The position numbers were made by a program, and so were the translations under genes. From contig OY253684.1 of the NCBI GenBank assembly GCA_958009085.1, positions 558,001 through 622,000 of the forward strand: a stretch of DNA of 64,000 nt, read 5' to 3'. This stretch comes from Protoeuglena noctilucae. Taxonomy: Eukaryota. This document shows positions 1 to 13,581 of this stretch, in pieces. The notes beneath the pieces are model-generated. The model did no database searches and was not told the origin of the DNA. It worked only from the letters and a program-made list of their open reading frames with translations. The first letter of the stretch is position 1, and each line of letters opens with the position of its first letter.

Positions 1-1036
1 GCGCTCCTCGCGAGGCAGATTCCGAGTCCCTTCACGCCGCAGATCGCAAACAGCCTCAGGTGAAGCATCACAACACTACGCGCCGAGGCCAAGTGCTGCC
101 TGCCCACACCCTCCCACCTCGTCGCCCTCGTCACCCCGCCCGCGCCTCGCCCCCGCAGCGTCGAGAACTTCAGCCAGGAATTCACGTCCCTGCCACCCCA
201 AGACTCCCCAGGCACCACACCCACGGACAACAAGCCGACGCTGGGCAAAGAGGACCCGTTCCTAGGGTTCAGCTACACGGCGCCGGCCTTCCTCGACACA
301 GTTGCGTCGGTGGAGGCTGCGCGCGGTCCCTGACCCGCCCAGCGCCCGCGAGATCCGACTTCTCCCCCTCACGCCCCGTTGCCTCGTCGTGTACTGTCGC
401 CAGTGTGTCGCCAGCGTGCCAGAGCCTCCGGCACCTCTTCCGGCTTCGGCTGCGGACTCTTCACTTTACTTGCATCCCTTTCCTGTTGGCCACCCCTGGC
501 TCCATTGCAGACTCGTCCAACCTCGAGCAAAAGCCTTGCTTGCTCGTCTGTCTTCGTTGAACTCGCGCCCCTGGATTGCGCTTCATACAGCAGGGCGTCA
601 TAAGAACCTCGCGCTGCGTGAGCCGCTTGAGCCGAAGAGGCCCGGTCGCGGAAAGAGGGAGGTGCGAACCGCCGCTGCTCTGGGATGGCGGGAGACGCCG
701 GGGGACGCATTCACACCCTCTGCTTCCGCCTCTTTCTGATTGATCCTTATTGTATGCGCCATTGGATGCCTTGATCCGGCCCTTTCCTCGTCTCCCGTCG
801 CTGTCCCGATCACTTTTTCGCCAGCAGTGCTTGGACCCAGCGCCCCGCGCGCCACAGGCCTCCTGCGGTGCAGGACGGACGCGTCAATGATTGAGTTAGT
901 TCTGTTTCGATGGACGAGGGCCGGCATCGACGCAGAACGCGACAACGCGCTGCGTTTTCCGGTTCCCGGCGTACACACTCTGCTCTGGCCGTCCGCTCGA
1001 CGCCCGGCCTCGCTTTTTCCCACCGCAGGGGCAGAG

Positions 1037-2373
1037 ATGGCGAGGCATCTTGCGTCCATCTACGCCACGGAGAAGGACCGCGTGAACTGCCCCTTCTACC
1101 TCAAGATCGGCGCCTGCCGGCACGGGGACCGCTGCTCCCGCCTCCACACGCGGCCGGCCATCTCCCAGACCATCTTGGTGTCCAACATGTACCAGAACCC
1201 GGTGTTGACACAGGTAGGCGGCGTGGGACGCGGCACTCCGCGGCGCCCGCGCTTTCCCAACCGAAGGGAGCCGCTTGGCTTGCCCACCCACTCCATCACG
1301 CCCCGCTCCGCTTCCCTGCCTGCAGCCTATCGGAGAGGACGGTTTGCCTATGCCCATCGACCCCCAGAAGAAGCTGGACGACTTTGAGGACTTCTTCGAG
1401 GACGTCTTTGCGGAGATGGCCAAGTTCGGGGAGGTGGAGGAGATGCAGGTGGTGGACAACCTCAACGATCACCTCGTCGGAAACGTATACGTTAAATACA
1501 AACGAGAGGAGGACGCGGCCAAGGCGTTGCAGGGGCTCACAGGTGCGCTGCGGGCTGTGCAGGGTACTGCTGGCCACCTGCAGCCCCTCTCGTGACTTGC
1601 TTTGGCCGGTGACGTGTGATATGCAAGACAACGCTTCCCTTTTCGCAGGGCGCTTCTACTGGGGCCGGGCGCTGCAGGTGGAGTTCTCTCCCGTCCTCGA
1701 CTTCCGCCAAGCCACCTGCCGCCAATACGAGGAGCAGGTCTGCAACTACGGGGGCCACTGCAACTACCTGCACATGATGCCGATGACCCGCGAGCTCGCC
1801 AAGCGGACGTACGGGCGGCAGAGGTGAGCGGGCTGCGTCGAAGCGTCTGCCGAAACCGTTGATGCGCCTCGGATATACCGGTAGGGCCTGTGCAGTGCCC
1901 GGCGGACTGATGGGGCGCTAGATCCGAAGACGGCGGGTATCGGCACCGCGGGGCCTCCAACCTTGCGCGTGCCATAAAGCCGCCGCGATATGCCACGCGG
2001 CGATCGTCGCGTAGACCAAGAGACCACATGCGGTTCCCGCCCCGTGGGCCGCAGGAAGAGGATTGCGGCGGCTCTGCACGATGACCCTGAGCTCAAGCGG
2101 GCGAAGGAGTTGGAGGAGCAGGTGAGCAGGGACGTGGGTGTGCTTGGGTGTGCTGCTCACGACACCCATCATCTTTGCAGCTTGGGTCCAGCTGGGCGGC
2201 TCAGCTCTGGATTCTCTCTATCGTTGCTCCTGCAGAAGCTGAGGGAGACCGAGGAGTTGGCGCAGAAGGTTCGGTCGGGGTCGGAGGAGAGGAGGGCCAT
2301 GTTTGCTGCATGGAACGCCGCCGGCGGAGCGGCAGCCGCACAGGGAGGGTCGCTCCCGCCCCCGCCACAGTAA
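1037..2373 (+). CDS. U2AF1: Splicing factor U2AF small subunit (U2AF35); ~5 coding exons (1037-1213, 1326-1542, 1649-1823, 2055-2121, 2236-2373)
   Basis: [37 protein letters not shown] (CCCH finger 1), UHM with [10 protein letters not shown], second CCCH finger ([20 protein letters not shown]), plant-type C-terminal [16 protein letters not shown] junctions keep the frame. Confidence 0.95.
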
Positions 2374-2830
2374 GTGCTTTTTGTTGTTGGACACGTGGTG
2401 CCTGCCCTTGTCTGACTGGCTTTTGAAGAAGTGGAAGGGAGAAAGTAGACCAAACAGACAGAACAGGATTCTTGTAGTCCGTGAATCTAAGGGCTGCGAA
2501 GGCGAACGGGCCCACGGGCGAGCGTGCGAGCATCGAAGGTGGGGAGCTACTATCGTGAGAAATCCGCGTGGCCAGAGCGCGAGGAAACGGATCCTTGTGT
2601 GCTGATGGTGTATATGGCTGTTGACGAGCCGTCGCGACTCTTGCGCAGCGCTCGCTTCGCCCTGGCGGGGACAGGGCCATGGCCTTGCTCGTCGTGCGTT
2701 GACAGCTGGGAACTACCTCGGCAGGCGCAATATGCCGTAGCTAATGCACAAGTCCTATTCTGAGCAAACGTTCTCGTCGATATTAGGGCCTACTTCATTC
2801 CCAGCGACGTTCCCCGCCCCAGGAAGGAGC

Positions 2831-4962
2831 ATGCTTCGTCGGTCCCTGTCGAGCCTCCTGGGCCGGGGTTTGCGAGGCGTGGGGACGCAGGCGGAGGTCA
2901 ACGGCGTCCCCGTGGAGGTGCACAACCCCTCGGGATCCATCAGGTGCGTCCGGCAGGTCAACTGCGAGCGTGGATGTGTGACGGAGGATGCAGCTTATCA
3001 AGCCTTCCGATTGACGACCCTCGCAGGGTTGCCGTCACCAAGGACCTGCCGGGGGACCGCTGGATGAACGTGCTCACGAAGGCGGGGTGCCGCGTGGAGG
3101 TCTGCAAGCACCCAGGCGAGAGCGTTGCAGTAACGTGCACGTTCGAGGCATGCCCTCTCTCCAGCGTCGCCTGAACGGCGCCAGCTTTTCTGTCCATGCA
3201 GACACGATCCTGTCGAATGACCTGATCAAGAAGTTCGTCGGCGCGAGGGTGGATGGCGTGATTGGGCAGCTTACTGAGGTGTGTGAGCACTCCTGAAAGG
3301 CAACCTAAGGGCGCGTCGCAGCATCGTCTCGGCAGCATCCTTGACGCACCCCCGGCTGTCCCGCAGAACTGGAACGAGGACATGTTCGCGTACCTGAAGA
3401 AGGCGGGGGCGCGGGCTTACTCCAACTACGCGGTGGGCTACAACAACGTCGACGTCAAGGGCGCCACCAAGCACGGGATTCCGGTCGGCAACACTCCCGG
3501 CGTGCTCACAGAGGCGAGTGCATGCTTGCGCACAGTTTATATCACCAGGTCCCGTCGCCCTCACCACCCCAGGCACGCTTCGCGGGTGGCGCTTTGCATC
3601 GGGACAAGGGGTGTTGCGCTCGGCAAGCCGACTCTTGCTCCTCGCCCCGTTTGTCGGAGGGCTCACGTCAAGTGCCGGTGCGCGCAGACGACGGCGGAGT
3701 TGGCTGCCGCGCTGACGCTGGCCGCCACACGGCGCGTGGTGGAGGCAGACGAGTTCATGCGAGCCGGGAAGTACAAGGGCTGGCTCCCCACGCTGTTCGT
3801 GGGGTCCCTCCTGCAGGTGGGGCGACGCTCCACAGAAACACGCGTGCCCTGAAGTGCGTTGCCAACCCCTCAGTCCCACTGCGAGTGGGTGGGCAAAGCC
3901 TTATAACCTACGTTCGCTTCCTCTCACTTCCGCTCGCAGGGCAAGACTCTGGGCATCGTCGGGGCAGGGCGCATCGGGGCAGCGTACGCGCGCATGTTCG
4001 TCGAGGGGCACAAGGCGAGGAGCCTTGGCTGGCGTGTCGTGCACTGGCATGTGCATCACCCGCGTCCCGCTGACCGTGTCCCATCCACGTCCGGTGCCCC
4101 CCAGATGAACTTGGTGTACTTCGATCCGTACCCGAACAAGAAGCTGGAGGGGTACATTGAGAGCTACGCGGCCCTGCTCAAGGCCAACGGGGAGGAGCCC
4201 GTCACAGTCAAGCGTGTGGAGACGGTCGACGAGGTCCTCAAGGCAGCGGACGTCGGTGAGCAAGCGAGCGAGCGTGATGCGGCTACACCGCACAATTCGG
4301 ATCTGCCCGCGGCGACTCACGTGCAGCGGGACGGCTGGGGCTGCTGGGTGAGGGGTGCAAGGCTGGACACAGCATGCACTCATGTAGCCCCAAGCCTGCT
4401 CCTCCGCAGTGTCGCTGCACTGCAACCTGGACGACTCGACGCGGCACCTGATTAACAGCAAGCGCCTGTCCTTGATGAAGAAGGACGCGGTGCTGGTGAA
4501 CGCCGCAAGGGGGCCGGTCATCGACGAGGCGGCCCTCGTGGCCCACCTGCAGAAGAACCCGGACTTCAAGGCCGCGCTGGTGAGATGCGAACCGCCGCGG
4601 AACGTTTCCGTGCGATAAGGCCCGCGTGGTGGGGCCGCCCATGGCGACGGCTGTTCATCGCATGACCGTGCGAGCGTTTCCCTGCCCTGTAGGACGTGTT
4701 CGAGGACGAGCCGGCGATGAAGCCGGGCCTGGCGGAGTGCAAGAACGCCGTGATCGTGCCGCACATCGCCAGCGCCTCCATGTGGACGCGGTCGGGGATG
4801 GCCACCCTGGCCGCCTGCAACGTCGCGGCTCGGCTGCAGGACAAGCCCGTGTGGAAGGACCCCAACAACATCACGCCCTTCGTGGACGGGCCGTTCGAGT
4901 GCATCCCGCCCGCGTCGCCCTCGATCGTCAACGCCAAGGACCTGGGCCTCTCAGTCATGTGA
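2831..4962 (+). CDS. HPR1: Hydroxypyruvate reductase / glycerate dehydrogenase (photorespiratory HPR), multi-exon
   Basis: VTKDLPGDRW, SNYAVGYNNVD, GNTPGVLTETTAELAA, GIVGAGRIG, VNAARGPVIDEAALV, VPHIASASMWTRSGMATLAA, PPASPSIVNAKDLGL: typical plant/algal HPR sequence. Confidence 0.93.
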
Positions 4963-5333
4963 CCCGGGCGCATGGAAAGCTCGGTGTTGAACTGTGGCAC
5001 GGCTGCGCATGTCACAAGGCAGTTTGATGCGAGGGCAGCGCGCCTAGGCGGTGCGAGGCATAAGAGGAGTGGTGCTCCCACACTGGGGCTCAGTTGTATG
5101 AACAAGGCGCCGCGCCAGAGGCTACGCGACGGTAGGGGCCAAAGCAGAGGCAGCACGGCGCAGCCCCAGAAGGGCCCCCGATTTGCCCCAACCGGACCGG
5201 TCCAGCGCGCGGAGTCAGCCGTGTCGCTCGGGAACCACGACCGATTTGGGGACAGCACAGTGACGGGCAGCACAGCGACGGCCGACCTCGGGGGCGTCGT
5301 CTGCAAACGCCCTCCCGGAGAGCACCTCGGCGC

Positions 5334-6829
5334 TCAGAGGATCTTGAGGATTTCGTCCGCGGAGGACACGGTGAACGCCCCGCCCTCTTCCAAGTTGAGG
5401 TGCTTCACCACCCCGTCGTCCACCAGCATGGCGTATCGGCGGGACCGGATCCCCAGCCCCTTGTCCGTCAGATCCAGCTCGCACCCGATGGCCTTGGTGA
5501 AGTTGGCCGACCCGTCCGCAAGCATCAAGACCTTGTCTCCCGCCCCCACGGCCTTGGCCCAGGCGTCCAGGACGAAGGCGTCGTTGACCGCCACGCACGC
5601 CACCGTCGACACGCCCTTCGCCTTGATCTTCTCGGCGGCCTGCGGCGCACCACGGTCGGCGGATGTCTGATATGCTCGACACAGGCATGAGTCTAGGCAT
5701 CGGACCCGACGCCTGGCAGGAGCAGGCACGCGGCGTGGGGAATGTGCGGAGAGATGTTGGTGTGCAGCAAGTGCGGGCGCAGGCGGAGGGGCGCGCGGAC
5801 TCGCCTCGATGAACCCTGGGAGATGCTTAGTAGAGCACGTAGGGGTGAAGGCGCCGGGGACTGCGAACATCACGACCTTCTTCCCCTGGCAGAGGCTGGT
5901 GACGTTAATTTCCTGCATGTTGCCTTCCGCGTCGAAGTAGCTGAACTTGGCATCAGGGAGCTTATCCCCGACAGAGATGGCGTGGGGAACCACGCGCCAC
6001 CGGAGAGTCCGGGCTGCGCGCCGCGGAGCCACCTGCAGCGAGCAAGAGGCGATGAAGTTCACTGCATGCAGCGCTTGCACCCTCGCGCGGGTCGCGGGCA
6101 CTCTGGGCATGCAGACATCGTGTGAAGCACCGCGCGTTTCGCGGGGCGCCGGGCGCCGCGGGCAGCGTCTTTGCGGCCCACAATACTTGTTCGGGCGAAA
6201 ATCGACACGCGTGGAGCAAGGAAACGCACAATGCCGCGCCAGCGAGTCGCGGGCGAGCGTCGAAAGGACGACGGCGCGTGACGGGCGCATGCGGGCACCC
6301 GAGGCAGCCGCAGGGCGCCGTAGAACACTGGCGCGACCATTGCGCTCGTTCCGACGCGGCAGATCAGTCCAGGGGCCGAAACATGGCACCGGCCGGCCAG
6401 GGAGGCCGCCCACCCACGAGAGCCATGAGCGGGGCCTTGCAACACCGAAGGCAGCGAGCCAGGCAACCGCGCTGGCGTGGACGGTGCCAGCCCTCCAAAG
6501 ACCGAAATCGTCCGACGCAGGCGCCATCCCACGCGCCAGCCCCGGAGATCGGCAGGCCAAGCGATGGGCGAGGGAAGGGAGGGTCGATGCTCCACCCACG
6601 CGCATGTGCGGCACATCCGACGACATCAACGATGCAAGTGAAAGGTAAAGAGCTTGGGGCGGGACCGGTTCGCCGGCTGCCTCGCGAAAGGGTGACCTGA
6701 GACCCGAACCCCGCGAGGCTGTCCGCTGAAGCCGAGCTAGAAGGTCGCGAGGGGTTGATGTAATATATCTACGTCGATTCCCACCTGAACCACCGGGCGC
6801 GGCAGCGCCAAGGCCGCAGCCGACGCCAT
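5334..6829 (-). CDS. Type II peroxiredoxin (PrxII/Prx5 family), probably plastid-targeted; exon 1 6829-6785, long intron 6784-6033
   Basis: [19 protein letters not shown] active site, [24 protein letters not shown]. Transit-peptide-like exon 1 [15 protein letters not shown] joins in phase 0 to [23 protein letters not shown]; the exon 1 assignment is inferred. Confidence 0.9.
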
Positions 6830-7109
6830 TTTGGATGCCAGGAGCGCAGCCGATGCAGGCAGGGAGAAGCAGACGCGTTGGTGTTGCAGATAGCGCGCAC
6901 GCGAGGACTCGGCGTCGGAGCGGCCCCGATGGACGACGAAACCCCTCCCCAACTTGCCAGTAAACGCGAGTCGCGCCCAAAGAGCGGATTCTTGGCCCCA
7001 ATGCCGGGCACGCGGGAGACGCGCTTACGCATATCGAGGGCCTGCATCAACATAGGGGGCTGAGGCGGCAGATCGGGCAAGGGTTCGTGGGGAAGGGCTG
7101 CGACCGAGC

Positions 7110-8340
7110 ATGGCGTCCTCCGTGGGGAAGGCGGGCCAGGGGGCCGTCGAGCAATTCCTTCTTCTCGCCAAGTCTGCCAGGGGAAAGGCTCTCGCCGATC
7201 TCGTGGCGCGGGCGACGGCGGGTGGGTCGCGTGCTGCTTCTCGACCGTAACTCGTGCCATCGGCGTCCATGCCGGCCTCTATGCTCCCCTTCCTTCGCGC
7301 AAACCGCAGATCCGGGACTGTACGGTTTCGGGGAGCTGCTGGACCTGCCGCAGATCCAGTCGCTTCGGAGCACCGAGCATGCCCCGTTCGTCGCTCTCCT
7401 CGAGCTTTTCGCCTACGGGACGTGGCTGGATTACCGCGCGGCGTCCTCGGCCCTTCCAACGTTGAGCGAGGCGCAGGTGGTCAAGCTCAAGCAGCTGACG
7501 GTAGCGTCCGCGGCGCAGGGAGCTCAGGTGGTTCCCTATGCGGACTTGATGGCGCAGCTGGAGATTGGGACGGTCCGGGAGCTCGAGAATTTCCTCATAT
7601 CATCATGCATGTACGGAGGTGTCCTCCAGGGGTCGCTGGATCAGCAGAACGGCAGGCAAGTGCGAGCAGGGGCCGACCGCCTGGGCGTCGCCGCGATGTT
7701 CTGCCCGTCACGATCCAATCCCTGTGTCACGACCCCATCCCTGCCGGCCTCCCCACAGACTGTACGTCGACGACTGCGTCTCCAGGGACTTGCCGCTGGC
7801 CAAGCTGCCCGACCTGATACAGACTCTCCAGCGATGGGTGGACACTTGCACGGCGGCCTGCAGCGAGCTCGGTGGGCAGCCGCGACTGAGGCGGCTGGCA
7901 TTTGATGGCCTGCTGCATCGGACACCTGAGGCAGGGCGAGCTGCAACCTTCACGCAGGGACCACCGCGGAGGAGACGGTCATGGCGGCGTCGGTCGCTGT
8001 TGCGGAGGACAAGGCGTACCACAAGGAGCTGGAGGCCCGGAGGTTCCGTTCCAAAGGCGCGAAGGGTATAGGTGAGAGGGTATGTGCGCGCTGTGGTCTT
8101 GGCAGGGACACGTCCATGACGGTGCACCGGGCGACCCGGTGTGCGCCACAAGAGAGCTGGCAATCGTGTCTGGGACAGGTATCTGAGCAGTCTCGCGTGT
8201 CGGTGTTTGCAGATCTGTTGGGGCTGGACAGGGGTGACTGGGGCGCGGAGGTCATGGACACGGACTGGATGGGCGCGACCGCACCGGTTTCTGACGCGGC
8301 GGGCATGAAGGACCCCCGCCTTTCGAAGCGTAGGCGGTAG
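7110..8340 (+). CDS. CSN7: COP9 signalosome subunit 7 (PCI domain), multi-exon
   Basis: Exon 1 MASSVGKAGQGAVEQFLLLAKSARGKALADLV joined to DPGLYGFGELL...LLELFAYGTWLDY...KLKQLTV...VRELENFLI...GSLDQ, characteristic of CSN7. The 3' exons are approximate. Confidence 0.85.
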
Positions 8341-8659
8341 GCAGCAATCATCCGAACCAAGCGCAGCGTCTCTTTTTACATGTGCTGAGAGCGATGGCAC
8401 GCCGCGGGCCATTGCCGCCGCTTGCCAGGGCTGTGAGCATCAGCCGGCCATTCCAGCCCCCATTTGTTCAAGCGCATTGCATGACCCTGCCAGGCGTGTC
8501 AAGGGCGCTCTCCCCGGCAGCTCCAGAGCCCAAAGCCGAGGCTTTGCCCCCACCAACGGCTGGTTGATGCGCAAGCGCGGCACTCAGTTGCAGCAAAGGG
8601 CTCGAGCCGAGCGCACATGGGATTGGAAGCGTCCCCTAATCGACCGGGCCCCAGCCCGC

Positions 8660-11600
8660 TCACGCCTTGGGCAGGCGGGTGATCTTGCCGATGGCGATCG
8701 TCTTGCCCTCGTCGCGGAGCGTGAAGCGTCCCAGCTGCGGCACCTTGTCGAACGTCTCCACGCACGTGACCTTCTCCATCCGGATGCGACAGATGACCAT
8801 GGCCCCGGACTTGACGAACCGGCACTTGGTGTCGCGCTCCTTGGTCTTGGGGTCGACCTTGCACAGGATCTTGGTCACCTCGCACTCCTCCGTCGCTGCA
8901 ACCGCCACGACGCGAGTGGAAAGGTGTCACGACCGCCTGCCCGCCGCGCTCACGTGGCAGCTCCACAGCCTCTCAGCACTCAAAGCATCATGACCCAAGG
9001 CGGCCATTGCCCAGCGCAGCCCTGGTAACCCGGTGCCTGGTGACCCCTGTTATCACCTGTGTGGATGTGCAGGACGCACTTGTACCCCGCCGTGAAGATG
9101 GACTTGTGATCCAGTAAATCCAGGACCATCAGCTGGCACTCGAAGTGCGTGGCGGCCGGCACTGCGTGGGGCGGCCCGGGGAGCGAGGCGGTCACGAACA
9201 TGCAGAAGCGAAAAGAGACGTCAAAGCAGCCGGGAGGATGCGGGTCCCGATCAGAACATGCTCCAAAAGCACCAGCGCATGCCAGAGTGAAACGAGTGCA
9301 ACGTCGCCATCTGCCGGGTTCAGTCCACGCAGGTGCGAAACCCCACCCCGCTCACCAGGGTTGGCCTTGGAGCACACCACGAACCCCGGCTGGACGTCCT
9401 CGTCGTCGATGCCCTGGATGCGAAGCTTGAGGTTTTCTCCGGGCTTGGCGGCCTGCACCTCCTCGTCATCACGCCACACTGCACACAGGCGGGGGGGCGC
9501 AGTGGACGCATGGCCGACGCGGGCCACCCTTGCAACAGGTGAACAGGCAAAGCCACGGGCCATATATCTGCAGCATCCTCCATGTATGTCATGGTGTCAT
9601 GGGGTGTGTCGAGGCCATGACGCCCCTATCAAGCAGCATCCGCCATGCAGCGACCAGCACAACTCCGCCATCCCATGTTCGCCATCGCAGAGCGCCGCTC
9701 ACGTGCCGTGACCTTGACCGTGACGCGGTTGGGCATGACGAGGAGTCGGTCTCCGACGCACACGATGCCCTGCTCGGACTTGCCAGACACGCAGCAGCCC
9801 AGATCCTTGATCTTGTCCATGACAGGCATGCGGAAGCCCGCAACTGCAAGGCGAGTGGGAGAAAGCACGCGCATGCGACCGCACTCTCTGCCCAGCCACT
9901 GCCACGCTGACGGGCTGCTATCACGCGACACAGTCTAGTCTGCATGCGCCGGCGCATGCCACTGGCTTGCCAGGCTACGGGTACCAGGCAGCTGCAACTT
10001 GCAGGTGTCTGCTCACGTGGGTCACGCTCCGGCAGCACCATCTCGTCGAGAATGCGGAAGAGAGTGCTCCCCGTCCACCAGTCGCACACCGACTTGTCCA
10101 CGGGCGTCTGGAGGTTCACGCCGTGGAGGCCCGAGATGGGCACGAAGATGATGTCCTTGCCCTGGTACCCGCAACCCCTGCAGCAATGGCACACGTCATT
10201 TGAACTCGCACCTCGCTGGTCCATCGCTGCCCTCAATTCGTCGCGACGCCAGCACACGGACCCTGGCATACGACCCTTGTGGCGACTCTCAGTCTTGACG
10301 AGTGACGGCAGTGGCCATCCATGCTATCGCGATTGGCATTTCCGGACACTCGCCAACTCACTTGAGGAACGGCCCCATCTTCTTCTCGATCTCGTCGAAG
10401 CGCTCCTGGGACCACTTGCCGCCGGGCAGCACGATGGACGGCTCGTCCATCTTGTTCACGACGCACACGAGCTTCTGCACGCCGAGCGTCTTGGCCAGCT
10501 GTGCGTGCTCTCGCGTCTGCCCGCCTCGCTCGAACCCAGCCTCGAACTCGCCCTTGCGTGCCGAGATGACCTGCGATCAGCACGGCCCTCTGTTGCTGGA
10601 ACGGTGGTATGACGGCACAGAGCGAGCGTGTCGGCAGCGATCGGCTCGCGCGTGACCCAGCGGGACGACGATAGAGAGCATGGCATCTCGACTTGCACCT
10701 CGACGCCGGGCGAGGCGCTCGCTCACCAGCACGCCCACGTCCGCCTGCGTCGCGCCCGCAATCATGTTCGGGACGTAGTTCTTGTGCCCCGGCGCGTCCA
10801 GGATCGTGTAGCGCCGCTTCTCCGTGCCAAAGTTGGCCCTGCCGACCTCGACCGTCTTGCCCTTGGCTCGCTCCTCCTCGTTCGTGTCCATGATATAGGC
10901 CATGTACCAGGAATCTCGGCTCTTCTCCTTGGCCTCCTTCTCGTACTTCTCGATCGTACGCTCGTCCACCCCACCCGTCATGTACAGGATACGGCCCCTG
11001 GGAGCACAACAACCGCAAGCCCAGTCGCACTCTCCCCATGCAGCGACGTAGATCTCCAGCACCCGTGCTACGATCTTCCAGCGTGGCACTGCGTCGCGAG
11101 GACGATGCGAGCGCCCCACTCCCCGCGGCCAGGCCCGGTGCGCCCCTCACCCCAGCGTGGACTTGCCGGCGTCCACGTGACCGATGAAGACCACGTTCAT
11201 GTGGTCCCTCGAATCCTGGGCATTCAACTCGTCCAGGATCTTTTGCACGCGGGCCACGCGCTCGCTGTCCGCCTCCTCTGGCTCCGGGGGCTCCTCTGAA
11301 GGCAGGAAGAGCTCAGCGCCGTTGCCAATCCAAATGCCTGCCCCATGCCATGCTCCAGCGTCCCGTCCGCTGCCCAGCAAGCGTCCTCACCAGGGGCGGC
11401 TGGGGCCGCGGGCTTGGACGAGCTCTCGTCCTTGGCCAGCCCCGGCTCAGCGTCCCTATCCCCCGCCCCAGCCTCGCCGTGCGCCTCCGCATCGTCCCCG
11501 CTGCGCTCCCAATCCTCCACCGCCTCCTTCCCGACGTTCAGCTTCTGCTTGGCGGCCTCAGCCAGAGCAGCATTCTCCTGCACGCGATTGGCATCACAGG

Positions 11601-12358
11601 TCGAGCCGCTGGCGGACCCTATGCGAGCACCCCCACGAGTTCTCGTCAGCCAACCTGGCGCGTGCTTGCCTTTGGAGGCTCCGCTCGCGGCGCCGGAGGT
11701 GGCGGGGGGGTCTGCTTCGGGGCTGGCTTCGCCACGGGCTCTGAGGCCGGGCCTCCCTTGGCCAGGCTCAGGAACTTGGCCATCTCCTCCTGGGACAGGA
11801 CGGGGGCAGGGGGCGCGGGCCCGGGAGGCTGCGAAAAGGGAGGGGGCAGCCCAATCGCATGGAGAACCGGCTGCAGCGGGGTGCCGTGCTGCATCCATCG
11901 CGCGTGCAGAGAGCGCAGGACCTCTGAGAGCCGACCACTCGCTACAAAACCCTCAAACGCAAGCACAGGTCGAGAAGGACACCGGCCTCGGCGCATCGGC
12001 GCGGCGGGGTGGGGCCGTCACGGCGAGAGGTTTGCAACGAGGCCAGGGTCCCAAGCCAGGCAGCCGCACCGGGCGTGCCAGCGCCCAGAGGTTGTGACAC
12101 CCAAACTGAAGCACGCTAGAGCAACGAGGCTGCCTGTAGCGATCCCAGGCGGCGCGCACGTCGCCTGGATCCCAGCGACCGAGCGACGCATCGCGCGCGG
12201 CCCCGGGGCGGCGTCCTCTCGGCGGCCGCCGACGCAGCCCTCACCGGCGGGGGACGAGCCCCTCCCGGCACGAACGAGGAGGCATGGGGGTTGAACCCGC
12301 TGGCCAGGGGGTTCAGCCCGCCCTTCTTGCCCCGGTCGTCCTTGATGGGGAGATCCAT
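8660..12358 (-). CDS. SUP35: Eukaryotic peptide chain release factor GTP-binding subunit eRF3, multi-exon
   Basis: [52 protein letters not shown]-terminal [20 protein letters not shown]-terminal PAM2-like [17 protein letters not shown]. Confidence 0.95.
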
Positions 12359-13581
12359 TCTAGACACGAGGTCTAATGGAGGTCGGGAAAACCTATAAAT
12401 CGGAACAAGAACGGCGGCCAAGCAGCGGCGCCAGGAGGACGAGCTTTACGAGGACGCGTCTGCTCGCGGGTACCAGGCGGCCGGTTTCACGAACGCCGCC
12501 GCGTCGCGAGGGGCATTCGAGGCGGGGGACCCATGGCACCGGTGCCACTGGCAGGGGCAAACGGGTCGGACGCGGGAAGGAATGGACCGTCCCGCGAGAT
12601 TGACGAGCGATGAAAACATGGCGCTTGACTGGTCCCTGGTCGTTGACGTGACTGCAGAGTTTCCGGTGCACCCGTTGCTCCCCGTACAAAGGCGAGACGC
12701 CGCGCGGAGGTCCGCTGCTCGCCACCAGGTAAATGTTTTCACCCTCTCGCGCGCCGTATGCAGTCCCAGCGTCAGTCCGCAGGCTTCCGCATCACCGCAT
12801 CACCCCAAGGCCCAAGGGCCGCTCTCCGCTGCCCCCTAGTGCAGGAGCTGCACGTCGTTGGCCCCGCGTGGCGGGCTGGTGGCTCGCGCGGCCCCCTTAC
12901 GCGCCCTGCCCTCGCGTACCCGCACTCGTGCCTTTTTTCCCCGCCCCCACCCCACCCGAGCGTCTCGACAGCTCACCGCGCTCCTCCGCGCCCAGGGTCA
13001 ACCAGGCCGGGCTCTAACCCGCCCCCGTGCCCCAAGCGAGCGAGGGAGGGGGGCAGCAGATAGATGGCCCAGGCCGGCGACGAGTCTGGGCCCACGGCAC
13101 CGCAATCGCCGCTTGGTTCGCTCTCGTCGACGGCGGTGAGTGGCCTCCGCGGGCCATCCTGCCGCGGGCCCGCGGCACGCTGGGCTCGTGCCCGGCGCGG
13201 GCGACTGCCTGCTGAAGCTGGGACCCCGGGACGCCCCCCCGCGCGGCTGGTCCACCGGGCGTGCAAAGCCCCTGTTTGCAGTTCGGACCTGGGAGCCCGC
13301 GCAAGGCGGGCCACGATCTGGACTCGCAGGGGATGTCTGGGCCTTTTCGCAGCCGGTCTTCCGTAGATGAGGCGTCGACGAGGACAGTACCGGAAGCTGA
13401 AAGGCGAGATACGCTTGTGTTGGCATAGTGCGCCCGCCGGGGGGGACCGCGGGGCTCGATCTGCTCGGCGTGGAAGGCGAGAAGATGCGTGGGGCTTTCG
13501 TGACTCGCGGCGCGCCCGTCCGCCCGCGCGCGCAGACGAAAGTCCAACTGCGGCAGTCATGTGGGGGATCCGGTGCCCGAG

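Noticed and set aside
1..710. Possible 5' part of a minus-strand gene running off the window
   Set aside because: The ORF 369-710 and nearby segments show no recognisable domain or convincing splice path.
6752..6793. Possible C/D-box snoRNA (GGT-TGATGT...CTGA-ACC)
   Set aside because: Only ~40 nt, imperfect C box, and it overlaps the Prx exon 1 donor on the opposite strand.
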